DNA of 51,276 nucleotides from contig JAPEUD010000111.1 in NCBI GenBank assembly GCA_026026165.1, positions 1-51,276 of the forward strand, written 5' to 3'. The stretch's first letter is position 1, and every line of letters starts with the position of its first letter. A program made the position numbers and the translations under genes. This document shows, one piece after another, positions 51,031 through 51,276 of this stretch. Origin of the DNA: Sarea resinae (taxonomy: Eukaryota). Under the pieces are notes generated by a model. The model was not told the DNA's origin and searched no databases. It saw only the letters and a list, made by a program, of their open reading frames with translations.

Positions 51031-51152
51031 AGTTAGAGTTTAAGGGAGTGAGAGCGAGTAAGAGTTTGTAGTAGAAAAGAGCAAGAACAAGAGTGTAAGA
51101 GTTGTAAAGTAGAGCAAAGCAAAGCAGAGTGAAACATTGCGCGAGCATTTGC

Positions 51153-51276
51153 TTAGGGTTAGGGTTAGGGTTAGGGTTAGGGTTAGGGTTAGGGTTAGGG
51201 TTAGGGTTAGGGTTAGGGTTAGGGTTAGGGTTAGGGTTAGGGTTAGGGTTAGGGTTAGGGTTAGGGTTAGGGTTAG
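51153..51276 (+). repeat. Telomere (TTAGGG)n
   Basis: 20 perfect TTAGGG units plus TTAG running to the window end, G-rich strand pointing outward. Confidence 0.99.

Noticed and set aside
49250..51152. Telomere-targeted non-LTR retrotransposon
   Set aside because: No reverse transcriptase or endonuclease remnants and no poly-A tail are recognisable.

Overview
This is the right-hand end of a filamentous ascomycete (Pezizomycotina-type) chromosome, judged from GT..CTAAC/CTGAC..AG introns, RIP-type C>T/G>A decay and a terminal (TTAGGG)n tract. 0-16.5 kb holds ordinary genes: HSL-family alpha/beta hydrolase, a patatin/Tgl-family protein lacking its catalytic residues, an MFS transporter, an aquaglyceroporin with NPS/NTAK motifs, a secreted type-B carboxylesterase and a hemerythrin-like protein. 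17-40 kb is an accessory-looking block: a ~3100-codon SecA-like SF2 ATPase gene with one nonsense codon; a four-gene group (frameshifted isochorismatase-family hydrolase, Leu3-like Zn2Cys6 factor, DHA1 MFS pump, Old Yellow Enzyme) with CCGGNNCCGG sites in the shared divergent promoter; an unknown protein; and a small PD-(D/E)XK nuclease-fold gene. From ~39.9 kb the subtelomere is RIP-degraded. It contains a telomere-linked RecQ helicase (TLH) pseudogene, a ~1 kb GC-rich 11-12-bp array, a ~1.75 kb 26-bp satellite and the telomere. The most striking signal: after allowing only RIP reversions, the TLH frame shows a tyrosine-recombinase-like motif series (R..K..R-H..GH..Y) fused upstream of the RecQ core. 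A 19-bp palindrome (CTTCTAGAC-W-GTCTAGAAG) occurs upstream of, inside and downstream of that gene, suggesting a recombinase-helicase subtelomeric element with cognate sites. All family assignments are from motif recognition by eye, not from database searches.
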